Source of the DNA: Chiloscyllium plagiosum
Lineage: Eukaryota
Direction of reading: 5' to 3'
NCBI RefSeq assembly: GCF_004010195.1
Contig: NC_057719.1
Coordinates: 33,102,973 to 33,153,671 of the forward strand
DNA length: 50,699 nt
Notes under the pieces: model-generated
What the model was told of the DNA's origin: nothing
Databases searched by the model: none
Seen by the model: only the letters and a program-made list of their open reading frames with translations
Made by a program: the position numbers and the translations under genes
In this document: positions 1 through 10,733 of the stretch, piece by piece
Layout: each line of letters begins with the position of its first letter
Position numbering within the stretch: the first letter of the stretch is position 1

Positions 1-360
1 GAGGTGATGAGGTTATGGACGGTCTGGGAGATGATGGTTTGGTGGTGGGGGGTGGGGTCATGGTCAAGGGGGCAGTAGGAGGAGGTATCTGCGAGCTGGC
101 GTTTGGCCTCAGCGGTGTAGAGGTTGGTGCGCCAAACTACTACCGCGCCTCCCTTGTCTGCTGGTTTGATAGTGAGGTTGGGGTTGCAACTGAGTGAGTG
201 GAGGGCTGCGCGTTCCGAGGGTGAGAGGTTGGAGTGGGTGAGAGGGGTGGGGGAGTTCAGGTGGCGGTTAATATCGCGGCGGCAGTTGGCTATGAAGAGG
301 CCGAGGGCAGGTAGGCTATGAAGAGGTCGAGGGCAGGTAGGCTATGAAGAGGTCGAGGGC
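1..360 (-). mobile_element. Penelope-like element (PLE) ORF fragment, N-terminal RT region; runs off the window start
   Basis: Minus-strand translation NPNLTIKPADKGGAVVVWRTNLYTAEAKRQLADTSSY contains the PADKG motif typical of PLE reverse transcriptases. GC-rich with CpGs retained, so probably young. Confidence 0.85.
288..360. repeat. 26-bp tandem repeat (about 2.8 units) at the PLE 5' truncation junction
   Basis: Unit ggctatgaagagg(c/t)cgagggcaggta at 288-313, 314-339 and partial 340-360. Confidence 0.95.
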
Positions 361-1282
361 ACTGTTGAAATAGGCTGTCATGGCTCATTCTTTGACCCAT
401 GTAGACTTGAGTGAGATTTCTGTCATTAAGCTGAGCTTACAGATATTTATATCAAATGTTGAGCTTCAAATCATGAGCTTTGAATTCATGAGCCATCTTC
501 ATATGCTGTCAATCGCGTAAACATTTCTCGGTCAAAGGAAATGTAGTTTCTTGGACAAAATATAACATAAACATCATTTTAAAGAGGAAGCTTAAATCTT
601 CCATATTTATCATCTGCATGATGGACAAATAAACACTGAGATGAAGATAAGCATCATTTTTATCTTTTGTGTTGACTTCTGAAAAATACTTATTTAGACA
701 ACACATAATGTAATATCAGTTATTGTATTAATGTGGACATTTTGACATAATAATATAACCAAAAATGTCATAGTTTTAGAGTGGCAGGTCAGGGTCCATC
801 TGATTATCATTGAGGTCCATAGTGCCCCATTCCTCAGACAATAAACACTAGATAGCGTAAATAGAAAGTGAGGGACCAGTGCAATGTGTGCTAGAGTTAT
901 CAAGACAGCATCCTGTGCAACGTAGGAACCTTCTGCAATTTTGCTAAAAGCCTCAACAGCACACCATTCACTCAGCAGTCATTAGGAATAAATAGCAATA
1001 GTGAGGTTTCATAGGTTCTTGTCATTCTTTTTCAAGATGGTCCATTTCTGTCAAATGGTCTACATCTATTTGAACTTCAAAGGCCAATGCTATGAGTCAT
1101 AAAAGGTTGGTAGTAAGCAGGGAACCAACAGTCCTTCTTTCATGCATTTTACGCCTGTTGTGCATCAAGTGGGATAAACAAGAAATGACACTAAAATATT
1201 TAAAAGTGAACTTTACTGTACAATTCTCATGATAGACAAGCACAGTTATCAAAAAAAGTCAACAGCAGGGAAATAGTAACAT

Positions 1283-2805
1283 TGAACAGAGAACAATACA
1301 GCACAAAACACTTCAGCTCACCATGTCTGTGTCAACATATTGCCATTTTAAACTAATCCCATCTGCCTGTATGTGGTCCATATCCCTTATTTCCCTGCCT
1401 GTTCATGTGTATATATAAGTGCTTTTAAAACATTGCTATCATACCTTGCTTCTTCCACATCTCCCGGCAGCATGTTTCAGGCATCTACCATACCTGTGTA
1501 AAAAGCTTGCCTTGCAAATCTCTTTCAAACTTCTCCTTCTCCTCTTATATCTAAACCCCTTACTATTTGACATTTCCGCTTTGGGAAAAAGACTCCAATT
1601 ATCCACATTTCCATGCCTTTTTTACATGCTTCTCTTGGGTTGCAACTCAGACTCCAACACTTTAGCACAGGTTTGTCCACCTCTCTTTACAACAAATACA
1701 CTCCAAACCAGGCAATATCCTGGTAAACCTCTTCCATACCTTCTCCAAAGTCTTCCTATAGTGTGGCGATCGGAACAGCACACAATACTCCAATGTGGTC
1801 TAACTGAAGACTTATATAGCTGCAATATGACTTGCTAACTTTTATACTTAATGTCCCGACTGATAACGAAGGCAAGCATTCCGTATGCCTTCTTTATCAC
1901 CTTGTCCACTTGTGCTATCACTTTGAGGGTCAGAAGTCACACAACACCAGATTGTACTCCAACAGGTTTATTTGCAATCATAAGCTTTCAGCTGACAAAG
2001 GAGCAGTGCTCCCAAAGTTTGTGATTTCAAATTAAATCTATTGGACTATAGTCTGGGGTCATGTGACTTCTGATTTTGTCCACCGCAGTCCAACACTGTC
2101 ATTTCCACTTCCATGGAGCTATGGGCTTGCGCCCCAAGGTCCACCTGCATATCAGTGCTCCTAAGGATCCCACCATTTACTATACTTCCTTCTTGCATTT
2201 GACCAGCTAAGACGTATCACCTCACACTTATCTGGATTAAACTCGATCTGCCATTTCTCCACCCATCTAGTCTATACCTTGCTGTATCCTTTAACATCCT
2301 TCCTCACTATCAACAATTCCACCAATATTTATGTCAGCTGCAAACTTACTAATCAGGCCATTGACACTTTCATCCAAGTCATTTATATATATTACAAGCA
2401 ACAGAGGTCCCACCAGTGGTCACAGATATTCAGTCAGAGAAACACCTGTCCATAACGATCCTCAGTCTTCTATAACCAAGCCAGTTTTGTATTTAACTTG
2501 CTAACTCACCATGAATTCCAAACGACTTAATCATCTGGATTAGTCCATCATCATGGACCTTGACAAATGCTTTAGTAAAGTCCCTATAGACAACATCCAC
2601 TGCACTGTCCTCATTAATCATCTTTGTTTCTTGCGCAACAAACTCAAATTTGTGATAGAAGACTTCTCCCACATAAAGCCATGTTAACTATCTCTAATAA
2701 GCCCATTATTTTCCAAATGTAAATAAATCCTGATCTTAAGACTCTTCTCCAATAATTTCCCTACTACTGATGTCAGGCTCACTGGCCTATAATTTCTGGA
2801 TTAAA
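1283..2805 (-). mobile_element. CR1-type LINE, ORF2 RT/C-terminal part and 3' UTR, degenerate
   Basis: Minus-strand peptides QLYKSSVRPH(W) (CR1 consensus-like LYKTLVRPHLEY) and YRPVSLTSVVG near 2790. Interrupted by a PLE-derived insert at 1930-2110. Confidence 0.85.
1930..2110. mobile_element. Short fold-back PLE-terminus-derived insert with a decayed hammerhead-like core
   Basis: Imperfect inverted arms tcagaagtcacacaacaccag / ctggggtcatgtgacttctga (1930-2073). Centre ctgacaa-aggagc-agt-gctcc-caaa is a degenerate CTGANGA-stem-GAAA. Confidence 0.6.
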
Positions 2806-3215
2806 CCTTTCTGAGTGGCTCTCGCAAACCTCCCTGCCACGATATTAGTGCCCCTCCAATTTAGATGCAACCCATCCTCCTTCTATACGTCCTTCCTGCC
2901 CTAGAAGAGAGTCTAATGATGCACATATCTGAATCCCTCCATCCTATACCAGCTCTTAAGCCATACATTCAATTGTATTAGCTTCCTATTTCTATCCTCA
3001 CAGGCACATGTGTACAGGGAGTAATCCTAAGATTATAAGGTGAGAGGTCCTGTTTTTCAATATCCTACCAACTCCCTAAATGACCTTATCTCTTTTTCTT
3101 CCTTTGTTGTTAGTACCAATAGGGACCACAATTTCTGGCTATTCACCTTTCACTTTCAGAGTATCCTGTGCCCGTTCAGAGACATCCTTGCCCCTGGCAC
3201 CAGGGAGACAGCACA
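2806..3215 (-). mobile_element. CR1 ORF1 (SGNH/esterase-like) fragment
   Basis: Minus-strand peptides LPGARGKDV and KEDGLHLNWRGTNI, typical of CR1 ORF1 esterase domains. Confidence 0.8.
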
Positions 3216-3409
3216 TCATCCTATAACATCATGGCTACCTCTTTTGACTGATAAATCAGAGACCTGGACTAATTCTCTTCAAAGTCTGTTGATCCTTTAT
3301 CTCATACCTGACCACTCAGAAAACAAAAGAAGAAAAACAAATCTCCCTCAAAAATTCCTGGAGGCAATGATGTGTAAATAACAAGCAGCAATTTGCAAGT
3401 GTCTTTCAT

Positions 3410-3745
3410 GAACCAGTGGAAGTCTTATATCTGTCGGAGAAACATTTAGTGAAAGGAGAACCATAGTGAGAAAATGTTCCCATTTGTGAAAGGATTGAGA
3501 ATGAGAGGGCACAGATCTAAAGGAATCAAAGAATCAAAAGTGATACAAAGACAAAAGTTTTCAGATAATGGTTAGGGTCTGTAATGCACTGCCTGACAGT
3601 ATGTTGGAATCAGGATCTATCAACGTATTTATAAGGGAATCAGATGGTTATTTGATAAGGAAGGAAGCACAGAGTTATGGAGGAAGGCAGGAGAATGAGA
3701 CTACATGTGAAGCACATTGAAAAAGCTGGCACAGATGTGATGAGG
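3410..3745 (+). mobile_element. CR1 LINE 3' fragment, highly degenerate
   Basis: Similar to the 3' ends of the better-preserved CR1 copies in the window (aatgcactgcctga, ggatctatca, ttatggag...gcaggagaatg). Confidence 0.6.
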
Positions 3746-3914
3746 CATTGCAACTTCGATGACCCAGTGAAAAAGTTTTCTCACTTTCAATTCCCTATCA
3801 GGTGCTCTATTATATTGTGAGTGTGATTCAATAGAGGGACCTATCTTTTTAATGGTAAGTTGACCTGACATTAACCAGCCTTCTGTGATTGCAGCACACA
3901 TTACTCTGCTTTTC

Positions 3915-4215
3915 CAATGGTTAGCACTGCTGCCTCACAGTGTCAAGGACCTGGGTTCAATTCCAGCCTCGGGTGACTGTCTAGTTGGAGTTTACACATT
4001 CTCCCTGTGTCTGCGTGGGTTTCCTCCTGGTGCTCCGGTTTCCTCCCACAGTCCAAAGATGTGCAGGTCAGGTGAATTGGCCATGCTAAATTACCCATAG
4101 TGTTAGGTGCATTAATCAGCGGGAATGGTTCTGTGTGGGTTACTCTTCGGAGGGTCGGTGTGGACTTGTTGGGCCGAAAGGCCTGTTTTCACACTGTATG
4201 GAATCTAATCTAATC
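3915..4215 (+). mobile_element. HE1-type tRNA-derived V-SINE, 5' end slightly truncated
   Basis: B-box ggttcaattcc, V-domain tgcgtgggtttcctcc..gtgctccggtttcctcccacagtccaaagatgtgcagg, CR1-like tail ending in (taatc)n. Confidence 0.9.
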
Positions 4216-4532
4216 AAAGCATCATGATGCAATGAACATGGTAAAAAGTACGCTATCTGCTGCCATGTTTTTGTGCCCATATTTGAATTGACCACTATAT
4301 CTGGTAGTAAGAAAATAATCTGCTTCTGAAGCTGGAAAAATGGGTTGCAGCTGTCCTGCCATCAACTGACTGACAGACACTCCACTTTAAAATGGAAATA
4401 GATACCCTGTTCTACAGTGGAACTGAAAGGCTTTATCATGACTTTTGCTGCATTATGAGTGCTTGGCTGAGTTTCAAAAGATCCAGTTCTACAAGTGGTT
4501 TTCACAGAACAGAATTTTTATGATGTGCAAAG

Positions 4533-4700
4533 AAAAAGTGAGGACTGCAGAAGCTGGAGATCAGAGTTGAGAGTGTGGTGCTGGAAAAGCACAGCAGGTC
4601 AGGCAGCATCCGAGGAGCAGAAGAATCGACATTTCAAGCATTCTCCTGCTCCTCGGATGCTGCCTGACCTGCTATGCTTTTCCAGCACCATTCTCTTGAT
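4533..4700. mobile_element. Fold-back PLE terminal-repeat insert; ribozyme core mostly deleted at the inversion point
   Basis: Arms gctggaaaagcacagcaggtcaggcagcatccgaggagcag / ctgctcctcggatgctgcctgacctgctatgcttttccagc. Same family as 18351-18479. Confidence 0.85.
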
Positions 4701-4742
4701 TGTGCATAAAGAGTCTATTAGTCTGAACTGTCATTCTCAGTA

Positions 4743-5519
4743 CAGAATAACCTCAAGTATCTGAACGAGATGGGCGGGTGTATTTTGTTCCAATAACTGA
4801 TCTGATCGTAAACAAAGGAAGTCATACTGAACACAATTACATTAAAAAAGCATGCTTCCACAGTTCTTATTTCATTTTATTGATAAAATGTGCACATACA
4901 CTGGACATTGCTTAAAGATTCATGATATTTCACAAATAAAATCACTTTTTGGCTAGAATTTGACTAAATTCTGTGAAAGTTTTCATTGACATTTTCCTCG
5001 GTTTTAACCCGTCCTTGACAGCAGCTGGCATCTTTCTGTTCGGTGTCGTCCCGCCATCCAAAAAGCAACGGAAATGAAAATTGCAAGTGCATTTTTTGGC
5101 TTAAATCTCTGGAGAATGAGCGGAGGACAAAAATTGTTGAGTTTGCAAAACGGAGTGAGTCAATGTTGAGAGGGAACCTTGCCATTCGGGTGCACAGCTC
5201 AGGCTTGTACATATGTTGTTCTTGTATGTTCACAGTCATAAACCTCTGTCCTTGGGGGGGGGTAAGTATCGGAGAGCCTTTTTATAAAAAGTGTAAGACT
5301 TCACTCTAAAGTCATGTCTTGAGTATATATTTGAAGTTAATTATTTATTAAAGCATACTTGCATCTATATTCCTGTTCAAATTTACAAAATGATGTATTA
5401 AATGGATGAGGAATAGAATTTTCCTACTTCAGTTGAAATGAATTTACAGGGACCTTGAGATCTTGTTCGGATCATCTGAAATTCAGATAATTGATGTTCG
5501 AATAACTGAGGTTGTTCTG
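4743..5519 (+). mobile_element. Tc1/mariner (Tigger/pogo-like) non-autonomous DNA transposon, 777 bp
   Basis: TA at 4741-42 and 5520-21. TIRs CAGAATAACCTCAAGTATCTGAAC vs revcomp CAGAACAACCTCAGTTATTCGAAC. Repeated subterminal (c)ggataat-like motifs at 5466-5505. Confidence 0.75.
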
Positions 5520-5559
5520 TATTATAATTTAGTGCCAATATCCTGTATTTTCATCATAA

Positions 5560-6483
5560 TCCTGCACATTCAAATAATCATCACACAGTCTTGCATGTTC
5601 TGATTGAACCTGCCTCCTCCACACTCAGCAGTATACACCCAGGCAATACTTTCCAAACCCTCACTACTCACTGTGTGAAAAAAGTCTTCTCACCTTCTTT
5701 ACTTCTTTTGCAAAATACTTCATAATTGCGGCCTTTGTTTCAGAGTCCTTTCATGAGCATGAACATTTTCTCCCTACTAACTCTGTCCAGATCTCTGATC
5801 TGGAAAACTTTATCAAATCTCCTCTCAGCCTTCTCCTCTCCAGAGGAAATAGGTTCCAACTCCTCCAATCCAACCTCATCACTGAAGTTTCTCATCTTTG
5901 GAACAATTCTCATAAATTTCTATTGTGCTGTTACTCATTCAATAACATCCTTCTTAAAGTTTGGTATGCAGAATTGGACACAATATTCCAGCTGAGGTCT
6001 AACCAATGTCCTGCACAAAATGATCAAACTTACCTGCTCTTGTATTCTATGTCCCTATTAATGAAGTTTCAAAAACTATAAGCGTTATAAACAATTCTCG
6101 CTTCCTGTCCTGCCAATTTCACTGACTCATGCATCAATACTGTCATGTCTCTGACCTCTATCTTGTATAGTTTCAGCAGAATCTCCCTATTTTTATATTC
6201 CATTTCTTTTAAAACAAAGGTCAACATTGCATTTTGCTTCAATATTAACCCAGGTGAAAATGGATGCTAGCTTTTTGAAATTCATGGCCAAGGACCCCAA
6301 ATCCCAATATTCTGTAGCTTTCTGTCATCTTTTTCTATTAAACAATACTTAGCTCCTCTATTTTTCCTGCCATAGCCTCACATTTCCGCACATGGTAAAT
6401 ACTATTCAGTGTTCTATCTGCCAACCTTTTGCCTGCTCACTTAATATGTCTGAGGTCTTCTGCACACTCGTTGTGCTATCCTC
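5560..6483 (-). mobile_element. CR1 LINE 3' fragment(s), degenerate
   Basis: cagaattggacacaatattccagctgaggtctaaccaatg is the reverse complement of the coding for LVRPQLEYCVQF. Confidence 0.75.
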
Positions 6484-6992
6484 TGTGTCTGTCTGACTTT
6501 GTGTCAGAGTAAGGGTTAGAATCAAGGAAGATTGGGTTTAAATCATAAACATTAATTTTAGCTGTAGGTAGAGGCTGGACAAACTTGGATTGATTTTGCT
6601 TGATGTTTGGAAGCTGAGGAAGGATATAAAATACCTGACAGAAGTATATTAAATTATGAAAGGCATGGATAGGGTGGACATCAGAGTCTCTTTTCCAGGT
6701 TGGAAGTGTCAAATATAAGGGGACACAGGTTTAAGGTGAGACAGGGTGTGTTTAAAAGAGATGTGTGAGAAAACAATTTTATACAGCTGGTGGCCCATGC
6801 CTGGAATGCATTGCCAGGGAGGTGATTGAAACAAATATGAACATTTATGAAACATTTAGACAGATACACAAACAGGCAGGGAATAAAGGGATATGGACCA
6901 TGTGCAGACTGATGGGATTAGTTTAGAATGGCATCATGGTGTTGCAGACATGGTGGGCTAAAGGGACTGTTCCTGTGCTGTACTGCTCGATA
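6484..6992 (+). mobile_element. CR1 LINE 3' end inserted into the opposite-strand CR1
   Basis: CR1 3' coding (aaattatgaaaggcatggatagggtgga) and tail gggctaaagggactgttcctgtgctgta. Flanked by a 72-bp imperfect direct repeat. Confidence 0.8.
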
Positions 6993-7330
6993 TTCTATCT
7001 GCCAACTTTTTGCCTGCCTACTTAACATATCTATATTCTTCTGCAGACTCGTTGTGCAATCCTCACCACTTGCCTTTCCCCATATTTTGGTGTTATTCAC
7101 AAACTTGGTGACAGTACATTTACTTTCCTTATCCAGGCTATTAATACACATTTATGGCCCCAGCATTTATCCCTGGGGCACATCGCTAGTTACAGGGTTC
7201 TATCCAGAAAATGCTCCCCAACCCTACCTCTCCCCCTATCCAGACTCTGTCTGCTGTTAGTTAGTTAATCATCTAAACATGCTAATATACCACCTCCAAT
7301 ACAATGGGCTTTTAAATACCATATGCGTAG
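6993..7330 (-). mobile_element. CR1 RT fragment, continuation of the element at 5560-6483
   Basis: Minus ORF INSLDKESKCTVTKFVNNTKIWG corresponds to the decayed CR1 RT motif INDLD..KFADDTK. Confidence 0.8.
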
Positions 7331-7482
7331 GACCTGATCAACAACTTGTGCTGAATTACTCTATTTTAGTCAATGTATCCTTTAAATTCATTTTTAGTAG
7401 GGGTATTTAGGTTATTTGTTGAACTATTCAATCCCTTTACATTACATGGAATAACAAAGGGCTGACTTGTGTCAGAGTCAAA

Positions 7483-8385
7483 GAGTCATAGAGATGTACA
7501 GCATGGAAACAGACCCTTCGGTCCAACTCGTGCATGCTAACCAGATATCCTAACCCAATCTAGTCCCACCTGCCAGCACCTGGCCCATATCTCTCCAAAC
7601 CCTTCCTATTCATATACCCATCCAGATGCCTTTTAAATGTTGCAATTGTACCAGCCTCCACCACTTCCTCTGGCAGCTCATTCCATACACTTACCACCCT
7701 CTGAGTGAAAAAGTTGCCCCGTAGGTCTCTTTTATATCTTTCCTCTCTCACCCTAAACCTATATACTCTAGTTCTGGACTCCCCCACACCAGAGAAAAGA
7801 CGTCTATTTATCCTATCCATGCCCTTTTTGATTTTATAAACCTCTACAAGGTCACCCCTCAGCCTCCGATGCTCCAGGGAAAACAGCCCTAACCTATTCA
7901 ACCTCTTCCTATAGCTCAAATCCTCCGACCCTGGCAACATCCTTGCAAATCTTTTCTGAACCCTTTCAAGTTTCACAACATCTTTCCAATAGGAAGGAGA
8001 TCAGATTTGCACGCAATATTCCAAAGGTGGCCTAACCAATGTCCTGTACAGCTGCAACATGGCCTCCCAACTCCTGTACTCAATACTTTGATCAATAAAG
8101 AAAAGCAGGAAAGCATACCAAATGCCTTCTTCACTATCCCATCTACCTTCAACAAGCTATGAACCTGCACTTCAAGGTCTCTTTGTTCCACAACACGCCC
8201 CAGAACCTTACCATAAATTGTATAAGTTCTGCTAAGATTTGCTTTCTCAAAATGCAGCACCTTGCATTTATCAAAATTAAACTCCATCGGACACTCCTCA
8301 GCCATGGCCCATCTGATCAAGATCCTATTGTAATCTGAGGTAACCTTCACTGTCCACCACACCTCCAAATTTGGTGTGAGATGAA
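7483..8385 (-). mobile_element. CR1/HER1-type LINE 3' end (ORF2 C-terminus and 3' UTR), relatively young
   Basis: ORFs 7973-8401 (MEFNFDKCKVLHF) and 7560-7976 (LERVQKRFARMLPG...LGLFSLEHRRLRGDLVEVYKI...FFTQRVVSVWNELP). Tail ends in ctatgact. Confidence 0.95.
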
Positions 8386-9388
8386 CTTTGAGTTTTTGCA
8401 AAGCTGAGTCATTTAGTTGGAGAATTGGTTGCGTTGAGGCTCTTAGGAAACAACCTGTGGAATCACATCATTCAGGTTTGTTAGAAAAGGAGACATTCAA
8501 CATCCAGAACCTGCAGAAGGAATATTCTGAGTAAGATTTTGGGTAGTCTTGCAACAAGTGTTGGAGGTTTACACCTTCATGTTGAATACACTGGCATCTT
8601 CAGCAAAGATATCAAACTAGTCAATCATACATCATTATATGTTTGACAGGCTCATCACTTCCAAAGTCTGGTTTCCATACGTCCTACGCATTAGGTTAAT
8701 TAGAAAATATTCAAAGAGGATCAAATGCATGAAGTTTTACATTACATTACACATTTTGTTGAGCCCAAATATCATTTTGGTGCAGCTCAATCTGCTGTTT
8801 ATCATATAACAATCAAGGCTTTCCCTGTCTCAGTGCAACATCTGGAGCTTATTTGCTAAGTCATTTTGGACTAGCAACATCCTCGCCACCTTTATAAGTA
8901 TCTTCAAAACTTCAATTTTCAACAGATCTATTTTTCTTTATTTGATGATTGCTCAATCTATTTTCTCCAACAAATTTTGTTACGTTAACAACGCTACATT
9001 TGCTATTTGCAGAATACTGAAACTACAGATGGTGACACTAAGAGACGAGCTCCTTGAGATTTCCACCTTTCTTATAAGCCTTGAAAATATTTTCACCAGT
9101 TGCTTCCCTCAATGTATGTCAAATATTATTACTGAGCTAATAAGCTGACTTCTTCCAATAGATGAGATTTTACAACTTATCCTAAGCTGCTATAACATAT
9201 CTCACAAGCAGTGGAGTTAGTCATCGAGATTAAATGAAAAGGAAGAATGAAAATGTTAAAACTCTGAAATGAAAAGAGACTGGATAGAAATAGATGATCA
9301 CCAATTGTGAAGTGAAAAAGCATGTTAAAATTCTGAGGAAAGAAGATTCTAGGAAAGGGTTAAATGAGTGAGGGTTATTCAGGGAATC

Positions 9389-9477
9389 TTCGAGGAGAAA
9401 GTGAGGTCTGCAGATGCTGGAGATCAAAGGGGAAATTGCGGTCCTTGAAGAAGGAGGCCATCTGGGTTGTACGTATT
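9389..9477 (-). mobile_element. Chimeric PLE mini-insert (terminal ~36 nt joined to an internal ORF segment) with a 14-bp TSD
   Basis: TSD ttattcagggaatc at 9375-9388 and 9478-9491. The terminal part matches 10697-10733 (revcomp). The internal part encodes QMASFFKDRNFP, like 26581-26615. Confidence 0.85.
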
Positions 9478-9496
9478 TTATTCAGGGAATCATTGG

Positions 9497-9830
9497 TCAT
9501 AGAATTCCTAGAGCACATGAAGAGGTCAATCAGCCCTTCGGGTCTATACTGACTTTCTAAAAAGCATCCCACCCTATCCCCATAACCTTGCATTTACCGT
9601 AACTAACCCACCTAGCCTGCATCCCTGGATACCATAGGCAATTTAGCGTGGTTAACCCAACTGAAAGTCACATCTTTGGACCATTGGCAGAAACCAGAGC
9701 ATGTAGTGGAACCCCACGCAAACACAGGGAGAACATGCAAACCTCACACAGTCACCAGAGGCTGCAATCAAATCCAAGTCCCTGGTGCTGTGAGGCAGCC
9801 GTGCTAACCACTGAGCCACCATGCCACCCC
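9497..9830 (-). mobile_element. HE1-type V-SINE, diverged
   Basis: Revcomp head ggggtggcatggtggctcagtggttagcac and V-domain remnants. Confidence 0.85.
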
Positions 9831-10536
9831 TGAAATCGAGGATATTACCAAATTGAAAGAAATGAAACACATACAAAATGGCAAAAATTGTGTTGAGAGT
9901 GATAATAAAGGTGGAGTTAAGGGTGGAAATGATCTTGTAAAGATTAGCAGTAAGATCGGGAAAGTCTGAAAAAGCAACAAAAGATGACTAAACAAAAGAA
10001 CATAAACTTTAAAAGGTAAACTGGCATGTTATATGAGAAAGGAAAGCAAGAATAAAAGCAAAATGTTCACTTGTTTGATCCAAGGCATGGAGGGATTTTC
10101 TGATAAGGTTTGCGTAGGTTAGAAGAACGAGAGGTGATCTTATTAAAATGTGTAAGATGCATAGAAAATGTGACAAGATGGTTTCTATGAGGTTATATCC
10201 CCTTTTGGGACTATCTTGGACTAGAGAATGTAATCTCAGAGCAAGGGGTACCCATACAAACCAGAGATGATGAAGGAATTTCTTTTCTCAAAGGGGGCTA
10301 ATCTAAAAAGAATTATTCCAGATTGCTGTCAAAACTGGGCTGTTTAGTATATTCTAGGCTGAGATAAACAGATTTTTAATCAGTAAGGGAATCGAGGGGA
10401 AAAGGCAGGAAAGTGGAACTGAAGATGATAAAATCACCCATAATCTCGGTGAACAGTAAATTCTCCAATCCCTACAGTATGGAAAGAGTCCATGCAGCCC
10501 ATTGAGTCCACACTGACCCACCATAGAGCATCTCAT

Positions 10537-10733
10537 TTGTTGAAACTTTATTGCTGGAACAGCACAGCAGGTCAGGCAGCATCCAGGGAACAGGAGATTC
10601 GACGTTCCTGAAGAGGGGCCTGTGCCTGAAACGTCGAATCTCCTGTTCCCTGGATGCTGCCTGACCTGCTGTGCTGTTCCAGCAATAAAGTTTCAACTTT
10701 GATCTCCAGCATCTGCAGACCTCACTTTCTCCT
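10537..10733. mobile_element. Fold-back PLE terminal-repeat insert with perfect 68-bp arms and a 15-bp TSD
   Basis: Arms 10539-10606 and 10630-10697 are exact reverse complements. TSD catagagcatctcat at 10522-10536 and 10734-10748. Confidence 0.92.
10608..10635 (+). ncRNA. Minimal hammerhead ribozyme core (PLE-associated)
   Basis: ttc-CTGAAGA-g-gggc-ctgt-gcct-GAAACGTC-gaa. Stem II has one G-U pair and ttc/gaa can form stem I. Confidence 0.7.

Noticed and set aside
288..360. CRISPR-like direct repeats
   Set aside because: The repeats are contiguous with no spacers and are in a eukaryotic TE context.
441..613. Minus-strand exon-like segment (cag acceptor at 616-614, GTAAG donor at 440-436)
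   Set aside because: All three frames contain stops within the 173 nt and the peptide is not recognised. At most a non-coding exon, with no support.
4964..5239. 91-aa minus-strand ORF
   Set aside because: Lies inside the Tigger-like element with no recognisable homology or supporting splice sites.
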